Of a stretch of 64,000 bases of DNA, positions 62,316 to 64,000 are shown in pieces; position 1 is the stretch's first letter, and each line of letters opens with the position of its first letter. The notes below the pieces were generated by a model. That model did no database searches. It was given only the letters and a program-made list of their open reading frames with translations, and was not told the origin of the DNA. The DNA is taken from the NCBI GenBank assembly GCA_976551045.1, contig CDPCPM010000180.1, forward strand, positions 16,926,001 through 16,990,000, in the 5' to 3' direction. The stretch comes from Glaucostegus cemiculus (Eukaryota). The translations under genes were made by a program, and so were the position numbers.

Positions 62316-63194
62316 CTGACCCATGCATATCAGATCCCCAAGGACATACGAAACCATAAATATTGGAGGTGGTAAATATCTAGGATCCCTAATGTTAGTT
62401 TAACGTGATAAGGAATTGCATGATGCTAAATCAATTTAAAAATCAAGTGATTTATTTAAATGGAGACAGACAGATCACCTATGTTTAGCCAACAGCTGAT
62501 TGAGGCTTCAATTAACAGTGAAAACAGTTAACAATTACAGGAGGCAATTAGAAAGTGGAGCCATCAAGCAATTATAATCTGTCATTTCTGGGTTGTTAAA
62601 ACCATTTAAATGGGTGTATTGTGTTGGGGTGTTCTGTACCCCAAATTAATAGCTGGAAGCACTTAACTGGTTTTAGCAAACTGCTAAGAGATTACTGGAT
62701 TACCAGAAATAGCTGGTAATAGTAAATGTTAATAGCATCTTTGTAGCTGAGTGGCAAATGGCAGGTGGCATTCCCCCAATTAAGGCACTACCCAGAATAA
62801 GCATAGACAGTATAAGTGGCAATATTCTGCATCATTGCTCATGTCCGTAGTCTGTGTTTGACATCTCCGGGGATGATGATCGGGAAAGATCAGTTTAGAA
62901 AGCCATTCAATCCATCATGCCTACTCCACAAAAGGAGGTTCCAAATTAGCTGCATTCCTTGGCTCTTTCAACTTCTGGCCACCTACACGTGTGCATGCCG
63001 TCCACCCATTTCCTGCACTCCCTTTAAAAGTGTATCATTTCGTTATAACACCTTTCCTCATGCTTCCCACAAAAATGGATTACTTCACACTTCTCTCTAA
63101 TGTAAACGGCCACTGGCTCAATCATCTCTATCCGTTTAAAATCTCAATTCTCCTCCCCATTTCCAACACAAGTTACTTACCACTTATGATAAAC

Positions 63195-63527
63195 GAGGCA
63201 GCCATTTGGCCCATCTGGTCTATGCCAGCTCCCAACAGAGCAGACCCCTCATTTCCATTGCCCTCCTCCATTTCCCTGCCAGCCTGAATCTTATTCTCAC
63301 ACATCTTTCAACTTCCCCTTCGATTCTTTTCCACTTACCGAGACTAAGGGGTAATTTACAATCACCAATTAACCTACCAACAAATACATGGGATGTAGGA
63401 GGACGCCACAGCACTGGACAGAAACCTTCACAGTAATGGGAATACATTAACTGAACACAGACAGCACCCTAGGTCAGGATCATACCCAGCTCCTTGGGAG
63501 GCAGCAACACTGACTGCTGTGCCACCA
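63195..63527 (-). mobile_element. V-SINE with CR1-type tail
   Basis: GGCAGCCATTTGGCCCATC...CTAAGGGGTAATTTACAATCACCAATTAACCTACC..GGGATGTAGGAGG...GGTCAGGATC...GGCAGCAACACTGACTGCTGTGCCACC. Confidence 0.85.
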
Positions 63528-63820
63528 TATCACAAACTTTGAGATCACATCCCGTATAGCCAGGTCATTAATATAAAATCTTAAAGAGTAGTGACCCTCG
63601 CATGTTGCCATGGTATTCAGAATCCTGACCAGCAACAAAAAACTTGGTGTTATTAAGTCACCTTCACTGAAACAGATCAATTTCAAGATGTGCCTATTCA
63701 TGCACCAAGCTGATTAGGGGTAACAAAACTGAACCCACTGCACGAACAACTTGAGATCAGGACAAGATGGTCCCAGAAATGAAGATCTCATTCAATTCAG
63801 CTTGTTCAATCGAAAAAGTT

Positions 63821-63843
63821 GGGGGGGGGGGGGGGCGGGTGGG
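63821..63843 (+). repeat. G15 homopolymer plus CGGGTGGG (G-quadruplex-capable)
   Basis: GGGGGGGGGGGGGGGCGGGTGGG. Confidence 0.85.
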
Positions 63844-64000
63844 TAGGAAGAGGCAATTTTTGAGATGTTTCAGACAACTGACCTTTGTATGTTTGCGCTG
63901 TGCCGGAATTCTGATATTAGCATATGTGAAGAGCATCATGCTAACCTCCAATGATTGCTGTTGTTGCTATGGAGCCCATCACTGTTATGAACAATAGGCC

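Overview
Non-coding, AT-rich, CpG-depleted vertebrate genomic DNA. The repeat families point to a cartilaginous fish, most likely a batoid (ray/sawfish/guitarfish type); this is an inference. I find no protein-coding gene, RNA gene or CpG island that I can support, so the window reads as a long intron or intergenic region. The ORF-track entries are either decayed retroelement frames or chance ORFs. Much of the window is fossil retroelement: two CR1-group LINE lineages, L2, RTE, Rex1/Babar, Penelope-like elements (PLE), V-SINEs with two different tails, Deu-domain SINEs and a third tRNA-derived SINE, several nested inside each other. Several repeat-poor blocks carry dense transcription-factor motif clusters (candidate enhancers). 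There are two assembly gaps. The best leads are: (1) decayed minimal hammerhead-ribozyme motifs in about 8 PLE terminal-repeat copies, some as head-to-head fold-back pairs; (2) three complex palindrome/direct-repeat scars that look like templated (template-switch or Pol-theta type) insertions, one matching a 15-mer 1.15 kb away; (3) a V-SINE subfamily whose 3' end matches the Rex1/Babar LINE tail; (4) a frame-preserving 108-nt candidate exon. I see no convincing evidence for an entirely new biological system. All family names come from recognition by eye, not database searches, and repeat boundaries are approximate.
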